Positions 12,102 to 22,943 of a DNA stretch of 64,000 bases are shown here, in pieces (the first letter of the stretch is position 1; every line of letters starts with the position of its first letter). The stretch spans positions 28,897-92,896 of the forward strand of contig CALJIF010000039.1 of the NCBI GenBank assembly GCA_937974275.1. The letters are read 5' to 3'. The DNA comes from an uncultured Flavobacteriales bacterium (lineage in GTDB: Bacteria; Bacteroidota; Bacteroidia; Palsa-965). The translations under genes were made by a program, and so were the position numbers. Below the pieces are notes generated by a model that worked only from the letters and a program-made list of their open reading frames with translations, did not search any database and was not told the origin of the DNA.

Positions 12102-13109
12102 TTTCGTTTTCCATAAACGAAAGCCGATAAGGCCAAGTAACACCGAATAAATTCCAATCAGATAAGGTTGCCATGCTTCCAGATCGAGCGTGTAGACGAT
12201 ACCGCCTAATGCTACTGCAAAACCCAATACAAGGGCGTTTGCCGAACCTGGCAATTGAGGAATTCTCGCTCGAAATGCCAGAATAGCAGGAGGTATGCTG
12301 GCCTGTAGCAAGGCAATTCCAACATACAGAAAAAGTTTACTGCGGTCGGTGAACTGAAGAAGCAGTGCAGAACTCATCAACGTCAATAACAGCACACGAC
12401 TTATTCGCAGATAATCCGATAATAAACCACCACCCAATTTTCCGACAGAGGCGGCGATAGCAACGCCCCACAGCGTAATGTTATCATCCTGACTCATCAG
12501 GTGAAAAATATCCCAAATCGCAGATCGAAAAGCCACTACAAGCAATAATACAAACATGAGCACATCGTGCCATTCAGGCGCATGGTGCGAGGCCGGTGTA
12601 CTTTGAGGTAGTTCGGTTTTGATATTTATGAACCACGCAATAATCCACGCTGCAGCGATAATCCAAACTGCCACTTCAGGAATAATGAAACTACCTGCAG
12701 TTAATCCTATGATGCCCGGCGCATTAAATATTCCGGAGCGTAAACCGGTATTATATTCTCCTTCCACACTCAACGCTCCTCCGCAAACATGGTATGCCGA
12801 TGAAACTACTCCGGCCAGAATTACGGCAACAGTTAGGTTTAAAGACGCTAAAGGAATCAGCACCGGCATCAATAACAATACTGCACGTATCAAAACTCCC
12901 GATAAGCGATACCTGTCAATGAATAGGGCTAAGGGTAATTGCGTAGCGAACGCCAAAACCGCGTATAACGTGAAATGAACTGATGTAGTTGCACCGTCGC
13001 TTGTTCTAACGGAGTATGCCAGTAATACCGCAGCAGTAAGGTCATTTAGAAAATGGCCCGCACCCAGTAATGCAGCGTTTCGGATGTTATTGCGGCCCCC
13101 AAAAATCAT
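12093..13109 (-). CDS. Polytopic membrane protein (putative transporter), last gene of a 4-gene coupled operon
   Basis: 338 aa with about 10 hydrophobic segments. Overlaps the upstream 109-aa gene by 23 nt. Confidence 0.45.
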   Translation of the reverse strand: MIFGGRNNIRNAALLGAGHFLNDLTAAVLLAYSVRTSDGATTSVHFTLYAVLAFATQLPLALFIDRYRLSGVLIRAVLLLMPVLIPLASLNLTVAVILAGVVSSAYHVCGGALSVEGEYNTGLRSGIFNAPGIIGLTAGSFIIPEVAVWIIAAAWIIAWFINIKTELPQSTPASHHAPEWHDVLMFVLLLVVAFRSAIWDIFHLMSQDDNITLWGVAIAASVGKLGGGLLSDYLRISRVLLLTLMSSALLLQFTDRSKLFLYVGIALLQASIPPAILAFRARIPQLPGSANALVLGFAVALGGIVYTLDLEAWQPYLIGIYSVLLGLIGFRLWKTKSF

Positions 13110-13416
13110 CGAGACTCATTTGAATTAAACTGCCCAACAACCAACTGCTGCAATTCATGACTATCGCATATATAGCTGCACGCATGGGCGGAAACTTCCA
13201 CCATAACTTTATCATTACTGCTTCGGTAAGCATAACGCCTAATTCCAGCCAGATAATATGAATAGAAGTGGTGTTGTACAGATAAGTACAAATGGGCCAC
13301 GTCGTTAAGTTGATGAGTACAAGGCCGACAAATGTGTTTCGAAACGTTTCTTTACAAAGCCATGTAAACAGCAACCATTCAGTGATTAGCGTAAACAGGA
13401 AGGCCGAGTAGAACAT
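13087..13416 (-). CDS. Small membrane protein (109 aa)
   Basis: Hydrophobic ORF. Its ATG overlaps the stop of the upstream 40-aa ORF (TAATG). Confidence 0.45.
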   Translation of the reverse strand: MFYSAFLFTLITEWLLFTWLCKETFRNTFVGLVLINLTTWPICTYLYNTTSIHIIWLELGVMLTEAVMIKLWWKFPPMRAAIYAIVMNCSSWLLGSLIQMSLDDFWGPQ

Positions 13417-13538
13417 TATTTCTTGTTTCTAAACTTCTTATAAAGCAAGACCGCAATAAAAACAACAGCTCCTATCGCTCCAACAATTAATAGAAGGAAC
13501 GCAGCTAAAAATCCTAGTCCGGGGGCGTCGAGTAGCAT
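13416..13538 (-). CDS. Unannotated 40-aa single-TM small protein (MLLDAPGLGFLAAFLLLIVGAIGAVVFIAVLLYKKFRNKK)
   Basis: Not in the ORF track because it is under 60 aa. Its ATG overlaps the stop of the upstream lipoprotein gene (TAATG) and its TAA overlaps the ATG of the downstream gene (TAATG). One TM helix followed by a basic C-terminus. Confidence 0.5.
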   Translation of the reverse strand: MLLDAPGLGFLAAFLLLIVGAIGAVVFIAVLLYKKFRNKK

Positions 13539-13978
13539 TAGTCTTGTGGTGGTTCAGGTGCAGAACTGTACCCTACTTTTTTTGGTTTTAATGTCTTTGG
13601 GAAAATTACGTTCACCAATTCATCATCAATCGTCAGCATAGAAACTGAAATACCGTTGACAATGGTCATTGGCTTTTCGAATGCATACTTAGGTTTAAAC
13701 TTCTCGTACGAACCGTCTTCCAGTTTACGATACATGGCAACGATTTTGCCTTCCTTCACTTCAACTTTTCCGGTATAACAACGCGCATCAGGGCCGCTTC
13801 TCACAGAGATAATAATATCCTCGTATGTGCCGTCTTTCACTTCTTCGGCGCCGCGCTCTTCAAATTTTTCTTCCCATTTGGTGTAGCAGTTCGAAGGCTT
13901 GGCGTCTGTGGTTTTGTTTTGTGCGAATCCAATTGCAGTTAATGCAGTAAACGCTAGTACTAGAGTAAGTTGTTTCAT
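13538..13978 (-). CDS. Secreted/lipoprotein of unknown function (146 aa), first gene of the coupled operon
   Basis: Signal peptide MKQLTLVLAFTALTAIGFAQ. Charged Lys/Glu-rich mature domain. Confidence 0.5.
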   Translation of the reverse strand: MKQLTLVLAFTALTAIGFAQNKTTDAKPSNCYTKWEEKFEERGAEEVKDGTYEDIIISVRSGPDARCYTGKVEVKEGKIVAMYRKLEDGSYEKFKPKYAFEKPMTIVNGISVSMLTIDDELVNVIFPKTLKPKKVGYSSAPEPPQD

Positions 13979-14128
13979 GCGGATGTGGTTAGTCGAGGTG
14001 TTCCCCGAAGATAGTAATATGAGTTTAACTTTTCAACATCACTTGCAGAAGCTGTGCCACTTTTCTTGCTTTGCAGTCATAAGGATAATTATTAGCGCTT
14101 TAGGCTTTAGATTTTGTAAGTACGTATT

Positions 14129-15664
14129 ATGGGATTTGTTAAAACATTCGGATGTGCCGTACATGGCATTTCCGCAACACCAATAACGGTTGAGGTTAAT
14201 ATTGACGCAGGAATCAATTTCCATATTGTCGGGTTACCTGATAATGCAGTTAAAGAAAGTCAGAAGCGCATTGATGCGGCGTTGAAAATTAACGGGCTGA
14301 AAATGCCGGGAAAAAAAATCACTGTTAATCTGGCGCCTGCAGATATACGTAAGGAAGGTTCTGCATACGATTTGCCCATTGCAGTTGGAATACTGGCGGC
14401 ATCGGAACAAATTCCAAACGATAAAATCAGCAACTATGTAATTATGGGCGAGTTATCCCTGGACGGTGAAATACGACCAGTTCGCGGAGCGCTGCCAATT
14501 GCATTGGAAGCTGCAGGAGCCGGATTTCAGGGATTAATATTACCCACACAAAATGCACGAGAAGCAGCAGTAGTAAATGGATTGAAGGTGTATGCGATGA
14601 GCCACATCAACGAAGTAATTCAAGCTTTTCGAACGGGTTTTCCGGAGCCTTTTGAAATTAAACTCGAAGAAGAATTCGCAACCAAAGACGAATTTGAAGC
14701 TGATTTTTCTGAAGTAAAAGGTCAGGAAAATATTAAACGCGCACTCGAAATTGCAGCAGCGGGTGGGCATAATATATTAATGATTGGTCCACCGGGTGCG
14801 GGAAAAACAATGCTGGCACGTCGTCTGGGTAGCATCTTGCCTCCAATGTCGTTATCGGAATCGTTGGAAACTACCAAGATTCATTCAGTCGCGGGCAAGT
14901 TGCCGGGTAAAGGTGGATTAGTAGTTGAGCGTCCGTTTCGTGCACCGCACCACACGATTTCAGATGTAGCATTAGTTGGAGGAGGAACAATTCCGCAACC
15001 GGGCGAAATATCGCTTGCGCACAATGGTGTCTTATTTTTAGACGAACTGCCCGAATACAAACGAACAGTGCTGGAAGTCATGCGCCAACCGCTGGAAGAT
15101 CGCATCGTTACTATTTCACGTGCAAAGTTTTCTATTGCATATCCGGCAAGTTTTATGCTTGTTGCTTCTATGAATCCTTGTCCTTGCGGTTTCTATAACC
15201 ATCCCGAAAAAGAATGCACATGCCAGGCCGGAGTGGTGCAGAAATATCTCAATCGACTTTCAGGTCCTTTGTTGGATCGAATTGATATTCATATTGAAGT
15301 AACTCCGGTTTCTTTTCGCGAGCTATCGGATTCACGAAAAGCAGAATCTTCCATGTCCATTCGTGAACGTGTCGTAAAAGCGCGTTCTATTCAGTCTGAA
15401 CGATTTAAAAAGCACGAATCCATTCATGCCAACGCTCAAATGCAGGCAGGTATGTTGCGCACTGTTTGCCGGATTGATGATGCGTGTCATCAACTAATGA
15501 AAACTGCCATGGAGCGTTTGGGATTATCCGCTCGCGCGTACGACAGGATTCTTAAGGTTGCTCGCACTATTGCCGATCTGGATAGTTCGAATGAAATTCA
15601 ACCGCAACATCTGGCGGAAGCCATTCACTTCAGAAGTTTAGATCGTTCAGGGTGGGGAGCATAA
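14129..15664 (+). CDS. comM: YifB/ComM family Mg-chelatase-like AAA+ ATPase
   Basis: N-terminal Lon-protease-like domain ([36 protein letters not shown]). Walker [10 protein letters not shown]-terminal ChlI-like region. 511 aa, typical for this family. Confidence 0.85.
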   Translation: MGFVKTFGCAVHGISATPITVEVNIDAGINFHIVGLPDNAVKESQKRIDAALKINGLKMPGKKITVNLAPADIRKEGSAYDLPIAVGILAASEQIPNDKISNYVIMGELSLDGEIRPVRGALPIALEAAGAGFQGLILPTQNAREAAVVNGLKVYAMSHINEVIQAFRTGFPEPFEIKLEEEFATKDEFEADFSEVKGQENIKRALEIAAAGGHNILMIGPPGAGKTMLARRLGSILPPMSLSESLETTKIHSVAGKLPGKGGLVVERPFRAPHHTISDVALVGGGTIPQPGEISLAHNGVLFLDELPEYKRTVLEVMRQPLEDRIVTISRAKFSIAYPASFMLVASMNPCPCGFYNHPEKECTCQAGVVQKYLNRLSGPLLDRIDIHIEVTPVSFRELSDSRKAESSMSIRERVVKARSIQSERFKKHESIHANAQMQAGMLRTVCRIDDACHQLMKTAMERLGLSARAYDRILKVARTIADLDSSNEIQPQHLAEAIHFRSLDRSGWGA

Positions 15665-15666
15665 AA

Positions 15667-15697
15667 AAATCCCCGCCTTGAGAGCGAGGATTTTTTT
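15667..15697. terminator. Bidirectional rho-independent terminator between comM (+) and atpC (-)
   Basis: AAAAAAATCCCCGCCTTGAGAGCGAGGATTTTTTT: hairpin flanked by an A-run and a T-run. Confidence 0.65.
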
Positions 15698-15718
15698 GTC
15701 TTGTATGCGATTTGAATA

Positions 15719-15955
15719 TTATTCAGCCAGAACAATGATTTTGTTCTTGAACACTTCGGCAACACCACCACTAATCGTGAATTGCTGAATCTGCTGATTA
15801 ACATCCGTTACCTTGATAACACCCTTGCCCAAAGAAGAAATCATTGGAGCGTGGTTATTCATAATACCGAATTTTCCCTCGCTGCCCGGAAGTACAACAG
15901 ATTTCACGTCTCCGCTGTAAACTTTCTTATCGGGTGTGATTATTTCTAAAAACAT
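15719..15955 (-). CDS. atpC: F0F1 ATP synthase epsilon subunit
   Basis: 78-aa product MFLEIITPDKKVYSGDVKSVVLPGSEGKFGIMNNHAPMIS. Lies directly downstream of atpD. Confidence 0.85.
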   Translation of the reverse strand: MFLEIITPDKKVYSGDVKSVVLPGSEGKFGIMNNHAPMISSLGKGVIKVTDVNQQIQQFTISGGVAEVFKNKIIVLAE

Positions 15956-15984
15956 AATGTGCTGTTCAGGTAATGTTTATAATC

Positions 15985-17502
<1,518 letters not shown>

Positions 17503-17687
17503 TTATATATGGGTTGTCAAAAAACCGGTGCAAAAGTAGCAAGTTTTATTCTGACAACAGGCACGCGTGTTAATAATTTCAGCACAACTTCTTCCTGATG
17601 TGCCTTTTGCCTGACGAACGTCACTTTTTTCAGCATGATCGGCTTATTTTCGCCTGTGACAAGCATACTTGTCTATTTTTGCGCCCT

Positions 17688-18614
17688 GTGAAAGTTTATT
17701 ACAATCTGTCCGAATTTGTTCAGCCTTCTAATCCGGTGGTTACTATCGGTACGTTCGATGGTGTTCATCTCGGCCATCAAACAATACTGAAGCGACTGGT
17801 AACAGAGGCAAATGCTGTGCAAGGCGAATCGGTTTTGCTTACTTTTTACCCGCACCCGCGCATGGTGCTATTTCCGGAGCGTAAGCAGTTATTGCTGTCA
17901 ACTTTGGAGGAGAAAATTGATTTATTACGCCAACAAGGTTTAGATCATCTCATCATACAGCCTTTTACCCGCGAGTTTTCTATGATGTCTTATGAAGAAT
18001 TTGTTCGCGAAATTCTGGTGCGGCAATTGGGAGTGAAAAAACTGGTAATCGGATACGATCACCAATTTGGGAGAAACAGGGAAGGCAGTTTTGAGAATTT
18101 GCGCAAAATGGCGCCGGAACTTGGCTTCGATGTAGACGAAATTTCTGCAAAGTTGATTGACGATAATGTGATCAGCTCAACCAAGGTTCGCGAGGCTCTT
18201 GATGCAGGGCGAGTAGAGGATGCGAATGCTTTATTAGGCTATAAGTATGCTCTTTCAGGGACAGTTGTTAAAGGAAAACAACTGGGTCGTACAATCGGTT
18301 TTCCTACAGCTAACGTGGTGGTAAGTGATACGTTTAAGTTAATTCCTTCCAATGGTGTTTATGCTGTTGAAGTGCTTCATAACAATAAAGTTCATCAAGG
18401 CGTAATGAATATCGGTGTTCGTCCCACCGTTGATGGTGTAACTCGGACCAACGAAGTACACATAATGGATTTTAATTCGGATATTTATGGTGAATCATTG
18501 AAGGTTAGTTTTGTACAACGCATTCGTGATGAACTGAAATTCGATTCTTTGGAAGGATTAAAATCACAAATAAAAAAGGACGAACAAATGGCGCGATCCT
18601 TGTTATCTAAATAA
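17688..18614 (+). CDS. ribF: Bifunctional riboflavin kinase / FAD synthetase
   Basis: TIGTFDGVHLGHQ nucleotidyltransferase motif plus a C-terminal riboflavin kinase domain. The track ORF starts at 17598; a GTG at 17688 giving (M)KVYYNLSEF fits the usual RibF N-terminus. Confidence 0.85.
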   Translation: MKVYYNLSEFVQPSNPVVTIGTFDGVHLGHQTILKRLVTEANAVQGESVLLTFYPHPRMVLFPERKQLLLSTLEEKIDLLRQQGLDHLIIQPFTREFSMMSYEEFVREILVRQLGVKKLVIGYDHQFGRNREGSFENLRKMAPELGFDVDEISAKLIDDNVISSTKVREALDAGRVEDANALLGYKYALSGTVVKGKQLGRTIGFPTANVVVSDTFKLIPSNGVYAVEVLHNNKVHQGVMNIGVRPTVDGVTRTNEVHIMDFNSDIYGESLKVSFVQRIRDELKFDSLEGLKSQIKKDEQMARSLLSK

Positions 18615-18615
18615 T

Positions 18616-19230
18616 ATGAGCATACGATTCCTGGCAATATTGATTTTTTTCTGGTGTGGAAATGTACTTCACGCTCAGAATTTGTTGCCATTAATCGATT
18701 CCCTGACATTAGATACGATGGACGGCCACACCAGTTTGGCTGCAGCTTTGAAAGAACCGGAAAAAGTGGTGAAACTTACTTTGCGAAAAGAGAAGTTAAG
18801 TTCTTTCCCTGCTGAATTATGGAAGTTTCCGAACTTACAGTATCTCGATCTTTCCAGAAACAGTATATCCGAAATACCGGATTCTATCAGCTATTTCAAA
18901 AATCTTCAGGTACTGAAAGTGTCCCGCAACAAATTGGATTTCGTGCCGCGTGAAATAGGCGATTTGGCCCAGCTTAAAATTCTTGACCTCAGTCAAAATG
19001 AATTAGTGGCTATTCCTCCACAAATTGGCAAACTAAAAAACCTCAATTATCTGGATTTATGGGACAATAACTTGTCCATATTTCCGGAGGAATTAAAAGA
19101 GATTGCCGGAAATCTTAAAGTGTTGGATTTACGCGCTATTCTCATTAACAAATCAACACAAGAGCGTATTCGTTCCTTGCTGCCGAATACTACCATTCAC
19201 ATGTCTCCACCATGTAAGTGCGATCAGTAA
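18616..19230 (+). CDS. Leucine-rich repeat protein with signal peptide
   Basis: Tandem LxxLxLxxNxL repeats (LQYLDLSRNSISEIP, LQVLKVSRNKLDFVP, LKILDLSQNELVAIP, LNYLDLWDNNLSIFP). Confidence 0.7.
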   Translation: MSIRFLAILIFFWCGNVLHAQNLLPLIDSLTLDTMDGHTSLAAALKEPEKVVKLTLRKEKLSSFPAELWKFPNLQYLDLSRNSISEIPDSISYFKNLQVLKVSRNKLDFVPREIGDLAQLKILDLSQNELVAIPPQIGKLKNLNYLDLWDNNLSIFPEELKEIAGNLKVLDLRAILINKSTQERIRSLLPNTTIHMSPPCKCDQ

Positions 19231-21636
19231 TCAGAATTTCGCATTCAGCATTATCATAAAGTTTCTTCCTGCTTGTGGATAGAAGAAGTTGTAACGTTCT
19301 TCCGCACCGCCGGCAATCCATCCGTAAGTATATCCGTTAGCGTTATACCGTAGATCCAATATATTATATACAAAAGCACTCACTGATAAGTTTTGCATCG
19401 ATTTTGCTGGAATATGCCATGTAAATCGGTAATCAAGCAACGTGTAGGGGTCAATACTCCTCGATTCTTGCCCGGTATTATCCAGGAATTGTCGTCCGAC
19501 ATGCTTTACGATAAATCCGGTTTCGATAAGTTTTTTGTAATTGTATGTAATCGTAACCGCGCTTATGATATTTGGTGAAAATGCTATAGGAGCATTATTG
19601 TACACGATAGAATCCTGCGTAAATGTATCGTAGTTATCAATGTACTCTACAAATCGCGGAATGACGTTATTGCTGTAGGTCATGTTGCCAACAAAAGAGA
19701 GATTAGCAAATGGTTGATAGCCGCCTTCAATCTCAATTCCTCTGCGATAACTAACCGAAACATTCTGTCGCGTGTATGCGCCTACATCATTAATTTTTCC
19801 GGTTAATATCAGTTGGTTCTTGTACTGCATATTGTACAAATTAACTCCGGCGAATAACTTGTTTTTTCTATAGCGCCATCCCAGCTCGGTGTCGTAAACA
19901 GTTTCGTGTACCGGACGATTTTCCGGTGGATTGTCAGTGAAGTCATTTCTGTTCGGTTCCTTATTGCCAACACTAAACGAAGCATAGGTTTGTTGCGCAT
20001 CGTTGATTTCATAAGTCAATCCTGCTTTCGGATTAAAGAAATGCAACGTTACTTCTTGCGGCAACGATTCTCCTAAAATGTTAATACCTTCAAACGTATA
20101 ATTCACATAGCGATATTGCCCATCAATAAACAAGTTGAATTTATTGTTGAGCTGATAGTTCATTTTGCCGTACACATTCGCTTCTGATTTCGTAGCGGTG
20201 TTAAAGTAAAACTCAGGATTAATTAACGCCGCCGGTGGCAGATAGCGCGACCATACAATAGTTCCGTAATGATCTCCACTGTACGTGCTTGCCGCACCAC
20301 CCATCGTTACTTTTACTTTTTTCGTGCTGTTGTATGTGACATTCCACGTTCCTCCGTAATACCAATTATCCAACCATAACTGTCTAATTAAATCTGTTGG
20401 AGTTGCAAGTGAAAGCGAATCGGTAAATCCATATGCTCCCAGATTGGCATCTTCTTTAAATTGTTCATAGTAACCGCGACCTTTTGTGGCGTGCAATGCA
20501 GCATTGAAATTCCATCTGTTGTTAATGCGATGAATAAACTGCAACTGATAATGATCTTGCTGATAGTTGTCCGTCTCTCCTTGGTAATACTGCAATTGTC
20601 CGTTTTCGTCAAAATATATTCCTGCAGGATTGAAAGTAACGTTGCCTGCTTTGATCGAATCTTCAGGAACTCCATACCACGCCTGATAGGTGCGCTCACG
20701 ACCGGAGAAAGCGGTAAAACGAAGCAAGGAATTTTCTGTTACATACACGCCGGACGCATACCAACTTCTCAAATCGGAAGAAGCACGATCGATAAAACCA
20801 TCCGAGTTCAATCGCGATAAACGAAGATCGAATGCAAACCGATTATTGATTAAACCGGTACCCGCTTTTGCAGTTGTTCTCCACGTATTAAATGATCCCG
20901 CCGAACCGATAATCTCACCGTAAGCGCGGTTATTAATTTGGTCGGTTTGCAGATTAATTGTGCCTCCGAAAGAACCTGCTCCGTTTACTGAAGTTCCTAC
21001 GCCACGCTGCACCTGAATATTATCAGTGGACGAAACGAAGTCGGGCATATTTACCCAAAATACACCTTGCGATTCCGCATCGTTAAGTGGAATTCCGTTA
21101 ATGCTGACATTAATTCGTGTAGCATCCGTTCCTCGAATGGTAATACCGGTATAACCAACACCATTGCCGGCATCAGATGTTGTTACCACCGAAGGCATAG
21201 TGTTCAGCAGAAACGGAATATCACGACCGGTGTTTTGCTTTGCAATATCAGCTTTACCTATTTCAGAATACGCCATGCCGGATTTCTCATTCGCACGTGT
21301 TGCAGTAATCAACACTTCTTCTTTCATGTACGCTTCGCGTTCCAGGAAAATGTCAAGCGTATTTACTTTATCAAAACAAATCGTGTCCCGACGATAACCC
21401 ATTACCACCGGTATCAGGCAAAGTGGTTTTTCGGTAGAATCAGATTTGATTTCCCAAACAAAATTGCCGGCGAAATCAGTTTGTGTTTGTGTGAAGCTTC
21501 CTGCTTGTTTGATGATTGCGAAAGCCAATGGTTCCTTCGTTGTGGCATCTTTAAGCGTGCCGCGAAGTTGAAGTTGTTGTGCTGCAATTGTTGTGCAGGC
21601 AAACAGAGTTAAAAAACTCGCTACTGTTTTTTTCAT
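19231..21636 (-). CDS. TonB-dependent outer-membrane receptor with N-terminal carboxypeptidase-regulatory-like domain; TPP-riboswitch controlled (putative thiamine/TPP uptake receptor)
   Basis: Signal peptide, CarbopepD_reg-like domain, plug domain (GIPLNDAESQGVFWVNMPDF), 22-strand barrel, terminal aromatic residue (NAKF). Preceded by a THI-box riboswitch. Confidence 0.85.
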   Translation of the reverse strand: MKKTVASFLTLFACTTIAAQQLQLRGTLKDATTKEPLAFAIIKQAGSFTQTQTDFAGNFVWEIKSDSTEKPLCLIPVVMGYRRDTICFDKVNTLDIFLEREAYMKEEVLITATRANEKSGMAYSEIGKADIAKQNTGRDIPFLLNTMPSVVTTSDAGNGVGYTGITIRGTDATRINVSINGIPLNDAESQGVFWVNMPDFVSSTDNIQVQRGVGTSVNGAGSFGGTINLQTDQINNRAYGEIIGSAGSFNTWRTTAKAGTGLINNRFAFDLRLSRLNSDGFIDRASSDLRSWYASGVYVTENSLLRFTAFSGRERTYQAWYGVPEDSIKAGNVTFNPAGIYFDENGQLQYYQGETDNYQQDHYQLQFIHRINNRWNFNAALHATKGRGYYEQFKEDANLGAYGFTDSLSLATPTDLIRQLWLDNWYYGGTWNVTYNSTKKVKVTMGGAASTYSGDHYGTIVWSRYLPPAALINPEFYFNTATKSEANVYGKMNYQLNNKFNLFIDGQYRYVNYTFEGINILGESLPQEVTLHFFNPKAGLTYEINDAQQTYASFSVGNKEPNRNDFTDNPPENRPVHETVYDTELGWRYRKNKLFAGVNLYNMQYKNQLILTGKINDVGAYTRQNVSVSYRRGIEIEGGYQPFANLSFVGNMTYSNNVIPRFVEYIDNYDTFTQDSIVYNNAPIAFSPNIISAVTITYNYKKLIETGFIVKHVGRQFLDNTGQESRSIDPYTLLDYRFTWHIPAKSMQNLSVSAFVYNILDLRYNANGYTYGWIAGGAEERYNFFYPQAGRNFMIMLNAKF

Positions 21637-21689
21637 TTTGTCCTTTTTGTGGATCGGACATTCCGCGACAAGGGATGCATCGTTTCATG

Positions 21690-21812
21690 TTCCGATCCTG
21701 GTCCCTACGCAAGCATTATCTTGTTCAGGTGTGTTCATCATTGTGTTTGGAACAATCATGAACCGGGTATGATCTCAGCCTCGTGTAAACACAAGACACC
21801 CCTTTGGATCGA
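21690..21812 (-). promoter_or_regulatory. TPP (thiamine pyrophosphate) riboswitch, THI element
   Basis: Minus-strand RNA reads ...AAAGGGGUGUCUUGUGUUUACACGAGGCUGAGAUCAUACCCGGUUCAUGAUU...CACCUGAACAAGAUAAUGCUUGCGUAGGGACC. It contains the conserved GGGGUG, GCUGAGA, ACCUGA and AUAAUGC...GCGUAGGGA elements with a paired P5 (CAAG/CUUG). An 11-bp hairpin (GGAUCGGAACAU...AUGUCCGAUCC) lies between the aptamer and the ATG. Confidence 0.8.
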
Positions 21813-21828
21813 CGCAAAGGTATAGGAA

Positions 21829-22365
21829 TTAACTTAAATCGGGAAAATGTTTTTGCAATGCCTGAATAGCATTATAAAGTCTCATTTCGTAACGCCCGCT
21901 AATTATTTCAAAAGGCAATTGACGAATCGTAAGTTCTTTAAGGTAGAGCTGATAAAAGTAATCACGACGTTGTGGATTAACGCGCACCGGATCAGGCACC
22001 CAAGGCAAATCATTATTCGTTAATAAATACAAGTCATATTGGTGTGCCGAAATCTGCTCTTCAATCCATGTCGGAACGGTGCGATAAATATCTTCACACC
22101 AAACCTTCGCAAGAATAAACTCTGTGTCCACAAACAATAGTTTATTCGCAAGTGCGGCCAATTCGTTTTCGTGTTCTAATTGCTTGTGTGCAATGGCAAC
22201 AATATCCTCTAACGATGTTTCCTGATTGCTGTTGGCAACAAACTCGCGCGCATACTCCGGAACCCACAGCGTATTGTAACGCATAGCAAGAGAACGACAC
22301 AACGTTGTTTTACCGGTGCTTTCCGCTCCAATTAAAGCTATGCGTTTGATAGTTGTCGTTTCCAT
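21829..22365 (-). CDS. NadR-type P-loop kinase domain protein (ribosylnicotinamide kinase-like, AAA_28)
   Basis: IALIGAESTGKTTL Walker A. Collinear similarity to the NadR C-terminal RNK domain (VPEYAREF, LFVDTEFILAKVW, DLYLLTNNDLPWVPDPVR). Overlaps pnuC by 28 nt. Confidence 0.65.
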   Translation of the reverse strand: METTTIKRIALIGAESTGKTTLCRSLAMRYNTLWVPEYAREFVANSNQETSLEDIVAIAHKQLEHENELAALANKLLFVDTEFILAKVWCEDIYRTVPTWIEEQISAHQYDLYLLTNNDLPWVPDPVRVNPQRRDYFYQLYLKELTIRQLPFEIISGRYEMRLYNAIQALQKHFPDLS

Positions 22366-22943
22366 GAAAGCAGTCCCGTTACACTAAGAATGGTAAAGAT
22401 GAAAAATAATATGGCGAACAAATACATTTCGGGCCCTTTATGTATGTACAACATCACAGATGCGCCATCAATTATGATCCAGAAAATCCAGTTCTCAATA
22501 AAACGTTTTGTCGTTAACCAAGTCGCAACTACCGAACTAACGGCGAGGATACTATCGATATACGGATAGGTGCTCCAATTGTAGGTCGCGCTAAGGAATC
22601 CTAATGTAAATCCACCGCATAATGAAATGACCAGTGACAATTGAAGTTGGCTGCCGTTTAGGGTTCTTACGATGAAAGTATTTTTGCTTGCTTGCTCTTG
22701 TTGGAGCCACATGTACCAGCCGGAAAACCCAAGAATCACGTAAATTCCGTTCAGCACACTCTCTGCCGGTAATCCCTGGAAATAGTATTCTAACATGGCG
22801 GTTGAACTACCTGCTATTCCTGCCGGCCAGCACCACGCTTTGCCGCGAGATGCTCCAACGATGTATAAAATTGAACTCAGCGTTGAAATCCAAGACCATA
22901 CGCTGGTGTGACGCACTGCATCCAATACGACTTCTGTAATCAT
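22338..22943 (-). CDS. pnuC: PnuC-family nicotinamide riboside (or thiamine, PnuT-like) transporter
   Basis: About 200-aa, 7-TM protein with the PnuC N-terminal signature (SWISTLSSILYIVGASRGKAWCWPAGIAG). Confidence 0.75.
   Translation of the reverse strand: MITEVVLDAVRHTSVWSWISTLSSILYIVGASRGKAWCWPAGIAGSSTAMLEYYFQGLPAESVLNGIYVILGFSGWYMWLQQEQASKNTFIVRTLNGSQLQLSLVISLCGGFTLGFLSATYNWSTYPYIDSILAVSSVVATWLTTKRFIENWIFWIIIDGASVMLYIHKGPEMYLFAILFFIFTILSVTGLLSWKRQLSNA

Noticed and set aside
12619-12978. 119-aa plus-strand ORF
   Set aside because: Antisense to the 338-aa membrane protein gene in the coupled operon.
21067-21612. 181-aa plus-strand ORF
   Set aside because: Antisense to the TPP-regulated TonB-dependent receptor gene.
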